Assembly (NCBI RefSeq): GCF_006345805.1
Contig: NC_043008.1
Location: forward strand, 78,740,001 to 78,804,000
DNA length: 64,000 nt
Origin: Octopus sinensis
Taxonomy: Eukaryota
Reading direction: 5' to 3'
In this document: one piece after another, positions 35,310-48,289 of the stretch
Numbering within the stretch: position 1 is the stretch's first letter
Layout of the letters: each line of letters opens with the position of its first letter
Made by a program: the position numbers and the translations under genes
Notes under the pieces: model-generated
Seen by the model: the letters and a program-made list of their open reading frames with translations, nothing else
Databases searched by the model: none
Told to the model about the DNA's origin: nothing

Positions 35310-35900
35310 AAGAAAATTATAATCTAAGGAAAACGAAAATATCTATTAGAAAAACCAATATATTTTTATAAAATTTGATACACATAGTCCTGCTTACACA
35401 TAGCAAACAGCTATTCATTAAACTGCCATCAGACTTGATTACTGCCTCAATACAACTTCTGAAATGATTAAATGCATTGGCCATAACATCCCCAATAGCA
35501 GACACCAACAAGTTCTTGATATTGGGAGAATGCCTGTTGGTCTTCCTCTCAATGATGCCCTTGATGTAGTAGCACGGAGGTTTAAATCAGAAAAGTTAGG
35601 AGGCCAAATGTTGGGAATAACATGATTATAAAAATTTCCAACCATTCACTTCGGGGTCATGCAGACTGTGTTAGAGGGAGCAGAGTCTTGCTAGAACACA
35701 TACAGCCTTCTCAACTATTGTCTTGATGTTGGCTGCAGTGACCCTAAGACCTTATATGAAAAAGTAAGGCAGAATAGCATGGCCCTCATTGCTCATGACC
35801 CCCAAAACTATCACTGACGATGGGAACTTGGTCTGCATAACAGTAGGGACTTCAGTGGGAATGAAACAAAACCATCCATCATTTATCTTGTTCATTTTTT
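35310..35900 (-). mobile_element. maT/DD37D transposase remnant
   Basis: Frames give VMSNEGHAILPYFF, WPPNFSDLN and FRSCIEAVIKSDG. Confidence 0.65.
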
Positions 35901-36183
35901 TTTTATCTTGGACAAAGTTCTTATTATCTGAGAAGACTCAGAGCATGTTAGGCTCCTCGAGATGCTTGAATTTGTTCAGTAAGTACTTTGACCAGATCAT
36001 ATGGTTCTCCTGGGTGTTACTGAATATAGGTTTTTAGACTAATAACAATTGAAAATGCTACTACTTATTCAATGGTCATTAGTATTAACAATCTAAATAT
36101 TACTACTTATTCATGAAGTTGACAAGTTTAGAAATTTTGAAAACAAAATAAATGAAATAAAACTTCATATACACAAACACGAT

Positions 36184-37192
36184 GCACTGAATTGTCTTTG
36201 CACTGAACTGCCATGCAGGAAATTGTCGGTGCTGAATTGTCATGCACGGAATTGTTGATTCATGATATATAGAGTATGTCAGGTATTTGAGAAAAAAATT
36301 TTAAGAACCATAAGTGGCCCAGACTTTAACTAAAGATCCTCTCCTTTTTCAGCCCCCACATAGAAGCTCTGAATCTAATGCAGCTGATGAAAAGACATGC
36401 CATTCTCAGCACCTTAGCTGCCAACCAAATTGATTCTGAAATTGTGACCATTTGAAATGTCACCAAGTCATTTCATATTTAATACCAGAAAAGAGCTCCT
36501 AGCTTTTAGCAGGAATGTGTCTTTCAGAACCAAAAGAAAGAAATATTCTTAACAGTCAGACATAGTCAGTAAAGTCAAGTTTGCCCAGTAAGTCTAGAGC
36601 ATTGTCAATGAAAATCCTGGCATGTCAATGAGGGCCACTGTCAATCATCTCTAAGTATCAGAGTCAATAATCAAATGTGGTGCACTGAAGACATCAGGCA
36701 CAAATTTTATGCTATGAGTATACCATTTCATTACTGTTACTTTACAAACCTAGGATGGTATATTTTTCCTTTTTGGAATTTCAGTTGATTACAAACATTT
36801 ACTAATTCAAAAATTTAAAAAAACGAGCTCTATGGAGTGAATTTTATGAGAGAAAGGGTGTGAACACATTTTATTAAATGGATTTTGCTATTGTTTAGAT
36901 AGAAAACCTCAAAATGGAAAACTTCAAAAGGGCAATGTACTGAAGACAAATGCAAAGGTTGTATCCATGTTAATGGAAGTTTACGGAAAGATGTCAAGGA
37001 GCATAGTCATGCACCACAGCCAGCAGTATTAGCAATGAAGTAGATGCTTTCAAATATTCATGAGAGGGCTGAAGCATCAAATGATGTCCTGAGAACAATG
37101 ATCCAAGAGAATTATCTTTGCATTGAACTGTCCTTGCACTGAATTGTCATGTATGAAATTGCCAGCGTGGAATTGCCATACATGGAATTATT
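36184..37192 (+). mobile_element. MULE-like remnant (FLYWCH-like finger) between 15-bp-period arrays
   Basis: Broken frames at 36860-37110 give ILLNGFCYCLDRK...QCTEDKCKGCIH...HSHAP. GCACTGAATTGTC-type arrays lie at 36184-36256 and 37119-37192. Confidence 0.5.
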
Positions 37193-37203
37193 GGGGTGCC
37201 CCA

Positions 37204-37867
37204 ATCATCATCATCATCATCATCATTTAGCGTCCGTTTTCCATGCTAGCATGAGTTGGACGGTTCTACTGGGGTCTGTGAAGCCAGAAGGCTTCATCAG
37301 GCCCAGTCAAATCTGGCAGTGTTTCTACGGCTGGATGCCCTTCCTAACGCCAACCACTCCGTGAGTGTAGTGGGTGCTTTTTACGTGCCACCCGCACTGG
37401 TGCCAGACAGAGCTGGCAAACGGCCACGAACGGATGGTGCTTTTTATGTGCCACCGGCACGAGGGCCAGGCGAGGCTGGCAACGGACACGAAACGGGGCG
37501 GTGCTGGCAACGGTCGCGAAACGGAAAGTTCTCTTACATGCCACCGGCACTGGTAACACATCTGCAATTTCCATTGATCGATTTCCATTGATCGATTTCG
37601 ATTCTGATCCTCACTTGCCTCAATGGGTCTTCACAAGCAGAGTTTCGACATGCCACCGGCACTGGTAGCACATCCGCAATTTCCATTGATCGATTTCGAT
37701 TCTGATCCTCACTTGCCTCAACACGTCTTCACAAGTAGAGTTTTGTGTCCCAAGAAGGGAAGGTATGCATACGTAGGCTGGCTCCATCCCATGTAGAAGG
37801 CCACGGGTTGTGGACTCACTTGTCCTGCCGGGTCTTCTCGCGCACAGCACACTTCCAGAGGTCTCGG

Positions 37868-37870
<3 letters not shown>
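37204..37870 (-). mobile_element. RTE-2 3' end with minisatellite units and an internal duplication
   Basis: (CAT)n at 37204 and reverse-complement GTGGCAC..AAAA.GCACC units. The segment at ~37539-37622 is repeated at ~37651-37720. Confidence 0.75.
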
Positions 37871-37911
<41 letters not shown>

Positions 37912-37951
37912 TACATACATACATGTATGTATGTAAATACATATATTGATA

Positions 37952-37995
<44 letters not shown>

Positions 37996-37998
<3 letters not shown>

Positions 37999-39294
37999 AG
38001 GATGTATGAAAAGTTTTGTTTTGAGCCTAACCTAGAAATGGGGCTGCTATATAGCTGAAATAATTTTTTCTGATAAGTACAGTCTTTTCGGAATATTCTT
38101 AATCATTTTCATGTTTCTGATATTTTTTTTTTTTTTTGTTGCAGATTTTTGAATAAACAAGTGTCGAGGTTACAAGGAAAATGGAGAAAACTGAGTATCG
38201 TGCTGTCATAAAGTACCTTCATTTGAAAGGCATGGCTCCATCAGAAATCCATGAAGATATGGTTAGAACCTTAACAGACAATGCTCCTTCATATGCAACA
38301 GCCAAATGCCGCGTAAATGAATTCAAGCGTGACAGAGAGAGTGTGGAAGATGATCCCAGACCAAGGAGACCTCCAACTACCACCACCAAGGACAACCTTA
38401 GCCTTACTCTTGGAATGATAATGCAAGATCGCCGAATATTATGTCATCAGATAGCCGAGAGACTAGACATCTCAACTGAAAGAGCAGACAACATTGTGAC
38501 AAAAGAACTTAGGTTCTCAAAGGTTTCCGCAAGGTAGGTCCCTAGCCTTTTGACTCTTGGACAGAAATGCACCAGGTGCACTCTCTTCATGGGCAATCTG
38601 GAACTGTTTGAAACCAATGAAGAGAATTTTCTTGCTTATTTCATTACTATGGACGACATTTGGGTTCATCACCACCAACCTGAAACCAAAGAACAATCAA
38701 AGCAGTGGAAGCACACATCTTCTCCTACCACAAAGAAGGCCAGGGTCATTCATTCAGCTGGCAAGGTCATCGCGTCCGTATTTTTGGATTCTCAAGGTGT
38801 CTTGCTGATCGATTACCTTGAAAAAGGTCACACAGTAACAAGGCTGTATTATTCTCAGCTACTGAAATGCCTCCGAGAAGCAATCAAAGAAAAAAGGCCG
38901 GGAATGCTCACCAGAGGAGTCCTTTTCATCACGACAATGCTCCACTCCACACTTCAGTTGTTGCCATGGAAACAATTAGTGATTGTGGATACGAACTTGT
39001 TCCCCATCTGCTTTATTCACCAGACTTAGCTCTCTCTCACTTTCATCTATCTCCAAAAATGAAAAAAAGCCCTGTCTGGTCACCATTTTGCCAGTAACAA
39101 TGATGTCAAAGATGCCGTAGGAAGTTTCTTGGAGTCTCACGCAAAAGAGTTCTTCTACAACAGTATAATGGCACTTCAGCACCACTGGAGAAAGTGTTCA
39201 GCCATTGAGGGGGATTATGTTGAAAAATAAATCTTCAGAAGTCTTGTACCATGTTTTTTTTTTTTGAGGCTCAAGACTTTTCATACAGCCCTCG
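37996..39294 (+). mobile_element. Mariner transposon (irritans-like), disrupted
   Basis: TIRs CGA(A/G)GG.TGTATGAAAAGT. Contains MEKTEYRAVIKYLHLKG, ITMDDIWVHHH and LYSPDLA. Confidence 0.92.
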
Positions 39295-39355
39295 TATATA
39301 TATATATATATATTGTTATATTTCGGAATGGTCATTTTGCCAGTTTAGTCAATAA

Positions 39356-39441
<86 letters not shown>

Positions 39442-39737
39442 GTATATATAGATATATATATTGGCGCGTAAAAAGCACCAACCGAGTGGTTGGCATTAGG
39501 AAGGGCATCCAGCTGTAGAAACACTGCCAGATCAGACTGGGCCTAGAGCAGCCTCCTGGCTTCCCAGACCCCAGTCGAACCGTCCAACCCATGCTAGCAT
39601 GGAGAGCAGACGTTAAACGATGATGATGATGATATATATATATATATATATGTGTGTGTATATATATATTGGTAAAAACGGTAAGATAACAAAAGAAAGA
39701 AAGAGACCTTAATATTATGTAAATAGAAGAATTTATC

Positions 39738-42440
39738 TGTAAATGTAATATGTGACAATTATTCGGTAGCCAAGATAAAACTCTGAGTTTCGGATGCTGA
39801 GGTGGAAATCCACACCACCATCTCTTCAGTTATCCGGCCACCGGGAAAACGCTATGAAAAATGACCATTATACAAAGGGAAATTACTGTGTTATTGACTG
39901 CTATTGAGACAAAAGAGCTATTTGAATGACCGCTAATTAAGGTAAGGGGGTAAAAAGTTCATAGTATACATGTATACATGTGCGCCTACACACCCACATG
40001 CGTATGCATACATTCGTCCACCCTCACTAGAAAAACTTACACATCTTCACTCACATCTTTCGCCAAATGTATATGCAAATACATACAAACCCACACACTC
40101 ACACGCCCACCGTAAAAGTTCATACATACATCTACATACGCACAAGCACAAGAAAAAACAGGGTTATGGGTAACAATACAGAAAAAAGGCATAAGGAAGT
40201 ATACAAAGAGTAAACCACGTTTATATACGCACATACCTGCACACGTCTATATACGCACACACACACGCACGCACAAAAAGGATTATATATACGTTTGAAA
40301 AAAAATACACACACGCACGCGTGCACACACACACATACTCACACACACACACACATATATATATATAGGGAAATTTTGTAAAAACACTGAGTAAAATACG
40401 TCTATATACATACGTACTCGCATGCCCGCACACATGCACATATCTATATACACACATACCCGCTCACACGTACACATCCACACACGCGCACAAAGGATTC
40501 CATATACACATCTATATAGGTATAGGAAAAAATGCAGGGTGGAAGGTATTGTACAGAAAAAATTATGTGTAAAAAATATATCTATAAACCAAATTCTCTA
40601 TAATATGTAAGAAATATATGTATAAAAAATATATAAATAAAATCAAAGTAAAAGGTATATAATGAGGTAAAAAATCTTGTGCATGGACATAATATAGAAA
40701 GCAAATTCTATCTGTAGCAAAAATTTGGTCACATATGGCCATGATCTGAAAAGTTCTGTCCTTGAGTTTAGACATGTAGCGGGGTCTAAGCTGCTTTAAC
40801 AGATGAGCCATCTTTCCATGTCGCATAGACCGCACTTTCCGCTGCCGTTGGTGTAGGACTTACATTTGGCTAAAATCTCCCAATGGATCTTGTAACTGAC
40901 ACCTTTATCTTTTAATGACCATATATGACTGGATAATTTGGTCGTTTTCCTTTTGTCCCAGTGCCTAAAGCTCAAAGTGTGATTATTAAACCTAGCCTTG
41001 AAATTACCCTCTGTAAATAGCGGTCAATAACACAGTAATTTCCCTTTGTATAACGGTCATTTTTCATAGCGTTTTTCCGATTGCCGGATAACTGAAGAGA
41101 TGGTGGTGTGGATTTCCACCTAGGCATCCGAAACTCAGAGTTTTATCTTGCTACCGAATAATTGTCACTTATTACATTTACATATATATATATAAATGGA
41201 GTTTAACGCAGGTATAAATCAAATGCTTTTACTTTCGACACATGTTTCGAAGATTTCACTGATATTATTCAAAAGAATAAATGGTATAAAACAATGCAAT
41301 CTTCTCCTCAGGGAAGTGAAAAAACGAAACTTGTCAATAAGACATTTTAGCAAAAAATGATGGATATGTATAGTGATTTACTAAACGCTATTAATATTGT
41401 TTGAAAAAATGTTATATGATATAACATCAGAAGTAGCCTATAGAAAGAGTAGGGATATTTATAGTGAATGTTGAATATAAAGGAAATTAATGTTTAAATT
41501 ATATATAATGATAGAGATCACTTATATGAACTAAAGGTGTGTTTTTGTCCAATGTTTACATCGGTATGCTCGCTCTATAACCATGTTTACTAGGGGATTT
41601 TTAGAAAAAAATAATGAAAAACAGCTCAGAATTACAGAGAAGATAGAATTCCATGCCTTTGTCATAAGGTATCGAGATTGAGAGAATCAACCATTCTAAA
41701 TTAAATTGTTCATTGTGGTCTTTTAGATCCCAAATTAATTTACTGAGTCCAGTACTGTTACGTTTATTTCTATCCCTAAATGTTGAGTAATGGATAGAAA
41801 TTCTTTTAGATAACTCTAACGACATGCTTCCAATGTAAAATCGTACTTTATTACTAGTATTGATTATACACTGGTACATAGAATTTTTAATTTTAGAGTT
41901 ACTTGACATAAACTTAATTCTGTTGGAATAGACTTCAGATACAATAACCTTGTTATTAATATTTCTAGAGGGATGGATGGTATTAGCTAAATTAATGTTA
42001 GTATTACTAAATGTATTAATATTTATGTGAAGAGATAATTTGTAAGAGATTTTTTTGTGTTGGAAAAACCAATCCTAACCATATGTAAATTGATAATAGA
42101 GTAAAACCTAGAATTCTTTGGAAAATTCCTAACAATAGCTTGACGAAATAGCAGTGGGAGATTAGATTTAATTTTTCTCCTGTATGGAACTATTAGCCAA
42201 ATATTTTTACTAGTATTTTTTATCTTATTTTTAGTGTAATTAATTTTGAAAGTGTTACGTTTACCTTTAGAATGATAATAGGGGATTAAATAAGGGTTAT
42301 CTCCCTTCATCCGCTTTGTATCGGTGCATAAGTTATGTTTGTTATCAATAATTCTTTTACAACGAGATTTCATATCTACATTATTGAAGTTAGAATAAGA
42401 CTGAGTAGAATCTATGTAGAAAATTTTCTCTGTATAACCT
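39738..42440 (-). mobile_element. Composite Penelope-like relic: two GIY-YIG pieces, a hammerhead and inverted pLTR-like repeats
   Basis: 42440-41570: NIWLIVPY...FYIGS...STGLSKLIWDLK...LCNSE. 41015-40720: FKARFNNH...LSSHIWSLK...CGLCDMER. Inverted repeats at 39738-39905 and 41016-41182. Confidence 0.82.
41227..41322 (-). ncRNA. Penelope-type hammerhead-like motif with a long stem II insert
   Basis: Minus strand: TTCACTTC-CCTGAGGA-GAAGAT...ATCTTC-GAAAC-ATGT-GTC-GAAAGTAAAA. Confidence 0.65.
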
Positions 42441-42458
42441 GCTTTAATTAAGGCAAAG

Positions 42459-42515
<57 letters not shown>

Positions 42516-43363
42516 CATATATATATATACATACATATATATATATACATATATATATACATATACATACATACATACATACATACATACATACATACAT
42601 GCATACATACATACATACATACATACATGCATACATACATACATACATACATACATACATACATACATACATACATACACACATGTGTGTATGCCTTATA
42701 CAGATTGATACATCCACACAGGTAAATAGTAATTAATACAGTAAACCATTTCAATGGAAAAACTCAGTTGGTCTAACAGTCATTCATGTAATCTTTTTCA
42801 ATAGTTCACTAATTGATAAAAAAGATTATTCTTTTTGAACTAGCATCAATTCAAATGATAGTTTTATGTGGTAATAATAAATGTATCTATTGAAGTTCAA
42901 TATCAAATAGTTCCTGGAGGTAAAATCAGTATGATACTATAATCAAAATTACATCAACTGTGATGTTTCTGAGATCACTCAAAAAGTTGTTTGCAAATAT
43001 GTCTTTATATTCATTTATTCTGTTTTAACTATAGTTGTACATATTGCAAAAAAAAAAAAACACTGCTAATAGTGTATGACTGCAACATCTTTCGATCCAG
43101 TTGTAAAACCACAGCCATCACTAATAGCACTCTCCTCCCTTTTTCTATATAGCTTTTATGTATGTCAGTTCTCCCTAGCCCAGGAGAGAGAGGGAGAGGG
43201 GGCAAGGAGAGATATATAGAAGGATTAAAATATTTTTCCTACTTGTTGAATCTTGTCTTCAGATTCAACAAGTAAGAATATAGCATCAAGAGTTTTAAAT
43301 AGAACAAGAGGCAGGAATGATGATAATGAGGAAGAGCATGATTGAGAATTAAAAAAAACTTAC

Positions 43364-43415
43364 AAAGGCAGGTCGTCATGGAAAAGTGGTAACTGGAACA
43401 TGACTGCTGGGATAT
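43364..43415 (-). CDS. Neprilysin-like exon e: (Y)IPAVMFQLPLFHDDLP(L)
   Basis: Flanked by tttccaatag and gtaagt; phase 1 to 2. Aligns to M13 FPAGILQPPFF. Confidence 0.88.
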
Positions 43416-44849
43416 CTATTGGAAACAAATATTAATATTAACTTGCATCTTTTCTAAAGAAGATTGAAAATACTTTCTAAGTTTATTTTGTTAAGATTAT
43501 ATAATTGTTAGTAGAAATTAATTTCACAACTACAATGCAATATGAAACAAAAATAATTAATTCTGGACATGAAGTCACATTTAGTATGACTGAAATTTTT
43601 CTTGCAAAACATTTTCAGAAGTGAATGTCAAAGACAAAGTAAGAACATACATTGAACAATCAGATAAGTTTCAAATTTACTTAGATTTTTATCAAAATTG
43701 GCAAATCTATTACATAGAATATCAGTGACCTCACTAGTGCTGATGCCATGTAAAAAGCCCACAGTACACTCTGTGAAGTAGTTGGCATTAAGGAGGGCAT
43801 CCAGCTATTGAAACCATGCCAAAACAGACATTGGCATTTGGCACAGTTTTTGGTTTGTTGGCTCCGGTCAAACTATGCAGCCTATAACAGTATGGAAAAC
43901 AGACATTAAATAATGATGATGACGAATATTAATTAGTTTACTAAAACTATGTGATAAGGTAGTCAGACAGACAGACAGACGGATGGATGGATGGATGGAT
44001 GGATGGACAGGTAGATAGACAGACAGACAAATGTGTAGATAAAAAGATTAATAGACAGACAGACAGATAAAATAGTGTTAACATATATATATGTAGTATT
44101 AAAAGTCAACTAGAAATAATTATACAATGAAGATAATAAACAAAATCAGTCAAAGATTAGCATTGTTTTAATTGTTTAGGCAAACATGGTTAACAACTCT
44201 GGACATGTTTGGTCTTCGCATGACTTCATTGGTGACACATAGACATAACCGTTCTTGCCAAAGTAATTATAGAGAATCACTAAGTAAATATTCTACAGTC
44301 TACATGATTAGAGGTGCAGTCAATCATGAATTTCAGTTGGAGGGGCAAGTGGAGAAAGTTAGTGTTGTTAGGGAGGTAAAATGTGACATAAAAGATGATG
44401 TGAAGTGTGTGAGTGAGGTACAAGAGTGCCAAGGACGAAGTCAGAGGCACAAAAAGGTGGAAGACAAACAGAAATAATGGGAGAAACTGCCATTGGTGAA
44501 ATGAGAGGTGTAGAGGGCAAATGGGTGGTGGAAAGGATGTTCAGTGGAAAGTAACATAAGAAATGACACTGAGAATGTGTGAGACAAAGAAAGTGGTTCC
44601 AGGTGAGGGGATGAAATATGTGCAGTTCCACTCTCATAATTACAGCAGCTGAGTGAGTTGTGTCATAGTCAAAAGAGTGATAGAGGGGTGGGTATTAGGA
44701 AGATGAGATGTAGCATGGAGAGAGAGAGTCATTGAGGACAGATTAGGTGCAGGAAATTAAATGTAAATGATTTGCTTTTAGAGCCTCATTTTTTACTTAG
44801 ATGGATGAATCTGTTGAGTAAGAAAATCAATTATCAAGGTCCTTTGTCA

Positions 44850-45870
44850 TCTCCTCCATGAAATTTAACATCTTGAGGTCATTTTTCACTACTTCATCCC
44901 ACTTCATCTCCCTCTTCAACAAATTCTATCCACATTTAGTGATCAACACTTCTTTATGCAGCTGTAATAGTCTATGCACATTACATGACCATATCAGCGC
45001 AATCTTCTCTCTTGCACACTATTTTCTGATGCCTCTTATGCTCAGTATTTCTCTCAATACATTTTCACCTTGTCATATATCCACATTAACATTGCACATC
45101 CTATGCAGCATGCTAGTTTCATTTCTTTCTAACCTTCACATGTTTCTACATTCCCAGCTCAAGTTTCACTACCATGTAGCATTGCTGTTCATAGACAAGC
45201 ATCATACAATTTACCTTTCACTCATAGAAAGAGAATTTTTTTACCAACAGAATATTTCTGTGAGCTTCCTCCAGCCAGTTCTTATTCTAGTACTATACTT
45301 TCAGATCACCCTCCTTCATTGCTAATTAGGTCACCTAGGTAACAGAAACTATCTATTATCTCTTAGGATTCTCCTGGGAATTTGAGGAAATCTGATTCAT
45401 GTGTCTTCTTAGTGTTTATTTTTCCTGTGCATCTGCTACACACAAAGTCTGCTTTCTCTGTTAACCTTTATTTGATTTCACTGTCCATACTTTGCAATGG
45501 GTACACCTCATGAAATTTCTACCTACACTTTTTCTACATATCAAGCAGGGCCATTTTCCTGTAGGGATTAGTGTCTATTTTCCTACTTACTAGAAGTTTG
45601 GTCATTGCTAAGTTAACTTTAAAGCCCTTTGACTCCAGGTTTTGCTTCCACACTTGGAATCTCTCTTCTAATTCTGTACCAGATTCAGCTAAAAAAAAAA
45701 CAAAGTCAACAGCTTAGGGGAGCTCTCATGTGCAACCAGTCTTAAACTCTTTGGTGAGTACCATTCACTCCATGATTTGGATGACTCTCATCAGCCTTGT
45801 CCTCACCTCATTTTGGGAATCAAATCCATAGCCTCCATGCAAACTGTCATCAAGGTGGTCTGTAAAAGGG
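44850..45870 (-). mobile_element. Degenerate RTE-2 LINE fragment
   Basis: The minus strand gives YGHVMC...CIKKC and resembles 11300-12050. Confidence 0.6.
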
Positions 45871-46580
45871 CTTTTTAAAAATGATCCTTTTGTTTTTATG
45901 ATAGTTCCAGTTGAGGAGCATAGGCAGAAATAATAGTTGTTGTATACTTTTCAAGACTAGTCTAAACTGTTGCACACTGTGACTACCTTAATCATTTTAT
46001 CAACCCATTCTCAGCTAAAATTATGCCCACACACTCTACACCATCACTGTTGCCTTCTCATTTTTTATTTCTATGTTCTTTGCCTGTGAGGTCAGACACC
46101 TCGTAGGTGAAGTAAGATGGAGCTCCCCTTCATTTTCTTGCATGCAGCACACATCTACATGCCTCTATTCTAGCATTTAAACAGTCTCACTAGAACTACT
46201 TTTCAATGGGCCTACATTCACTGGAGCTGCTCTAAGTATGCAGATGGGATGGAAAGAGTGAGTAGGGAGCTGGGAGACAGCATCTGCAAAGAAGAGGATT
46301 TGCAGGGGTGTTTGCCTGTAGGAAAATTGCTCTTGCACATTATCAGCTGCACAAATCAAGTATTACCGTTCAGCTGAACCACCATTTACCCAGATCCTCA
46401 AATATCCAAGGCCAACTAGATTTAGAAGAAGACGAAAAGGGCTTACTTAGGGACTAGAAAATAGTGCTTGAGGTTTTTTACTTAAGACCATACACTGCTT
46501 AAATACATTATAAGAGAAACTATATAATTACACACAAAAACGTTGTGAGAGAGAAAATACATTGCACACACTTAAATATA

Positions 46581-47831
46581 CAGGGTGCATCAGTTTTGGA
46601 GGTCATTTGTATGGATTTAGAAAAAGCTGCATAGCTCATCAAAGAAAACCTGCATTTGAAAACAAATTGATTATTTGTATAATCATGAGAATCCCTTTAT
46701 CACATCTATCTAATGAATCCACTGTTAGCATCAATGGTTGCTTCAATGCAGGGTTGGAACTTTTGACATCCTAAATAAATTATCTTTATCGATTTTGGAC
46801 ATAGTGCTGGTTATAAACTTGAGAGATGGTATGGTGTTATGGGAGTGTTAACTGATCTCTCTCTCAACTCTGCCCCATACATAATAGTCCAGTTGATTAA
46901 GGTCTGATGAGCTAGGAGGCCATGTGTCTGGGAGAACGTGATCATGGAGACTGACACATATCCATGTTGGGTTGTCCTGGTTTTATGAGATGGTGCAGAA
47001 TCCAGTTGTAAGACATATGGTGGCCCATTGTGTGCTCTGTCTATCCAAGGCCTTTCAACTTTCTCCGACATCTCTGTGTGGACAGCAGCATTGACTCTTA
47101 AGTCTTGTGAAAAAAGAGAAGAGACATGACATCTCCCAGAACCATCAAAGTCGCTCAGAAATTAGTATGCATGATCATTGGAACCTTATTCAGTCTCTGC
47201 AAAACCATGTGTCATTCCTTTGGTTTATCTTTTAGTCTTGATCAAAGTTTTTTTCATTAGAGGAACACCTAAGCATTCCAGCCTTTTGGTATTTTAACTT
47301 GTTTAGCTAGCATTTTGTGCAGATCAAATGACTCTCTGTCATATCTAGAATAAACTAACCCTTCTACATCATATTCAATTTGTAGCAAATATCCTTATGC
47401 ACAACTCTTCTGATGGTACATTCTTAAACTTTGAGGTCCTTTGCAATGGCTTTGACTGATTTCCTTGCGGTGGTGGTGGTGGTGGTGGTGGGAGGGGTTA
47501 TCGATTATTTCTTGGACTTTTTGTACTAAGTTATGTGTTATGATGGTATTAGGACCCTGAGAATGCATTTTGCAGCTGCAATAGTTTATGCACATCACAT
47601 AAGACCCCCGTCAGCAGCTTCCAGATCCTTTCAAACTTTAACAACAAAGGATCAGGTGACTTTCAAGGAGCAAGCTATCTCTGTGCTTTTAAGGCAGTGA
47701 TTACATTGTGCATTTTCCTTTGCTGAGTCAGTCTGATCTTTGACGCTATTTATCAGAAAAGTAAGGTAAAAAAATTTGGAGAAAAGTTAGAGTTTTTGAA
47801 AGAGGTGTCCTGAAAACACTGATCCACCCTA
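46581..47831 (-). mobile_element. maT/DD37D (Tc1/mariner superfamily) element, degenerate
   Basis: TIRs (C/T)AGGGTG(C/G)ATCAGT flanked by TA. Contains PYVLQLDSAPSHK and WPPSSSDLNQLDYYVWG. Confidence 0.8.
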
Positions 47832-47936
47832 TATGTATGTACATATGACAAGAAAGTAAATACATTCTAAAGGGAAATACTGCACTACTGACCCTAAAAC
47901 AGTTATGAATGAATGAGAAAATGAATGCTGGAATTT

Positions 47937-48122
47937 TAAGTGATTAAAAAAAAATTAATTCGTGAATTTTAAGTTAAAATTACTTCATTTCACGGTTAAA
48001 TATATTTTCATATACATTATTAAATAATTAAGTGATTAAAAAAAAAATTAATTCGTGAATTTTAAGTTAAAATTACTTCATTGCACGGTTAAATATATTT
48101 TCATATACATTATTAAATAATT
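47937..48122. repeat. ~92-bp near-perfect tandem duplication
   Basis: TAAGTGATTAAAA...CATTATTAAATAAT occurs twice. Confidence 0.9.
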
Positions 48123-48289
48123 TGCTTTTTGGTATGTTATCTGAGTATTTCTAATCGTTTCTTGTCAAGCTTACATGAGCTACAGATTTATTTATAAACT
48201 AGCATTAAAGACCCATCGTTGCCGCGTCATAGTGCTAGTGTATGTATATATGTGTATATATATGTGTACATATTACATGTACATCTATA

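Noticed and set aside
42023-42754. 243-aa ORF and similar MYVC/IYIY/HTHT ORFs across the window
   Set aside because: These are microsatellite read-throughs. Only the 42023-42440 part has real (Penelope) homology.
43230-43265. 13-bp hairpin TACTTGTTGAATC/GATTCAACAAGTA near exon e
   Set aside because: It is too short and isolated to assign a function in AT-rich DNA.
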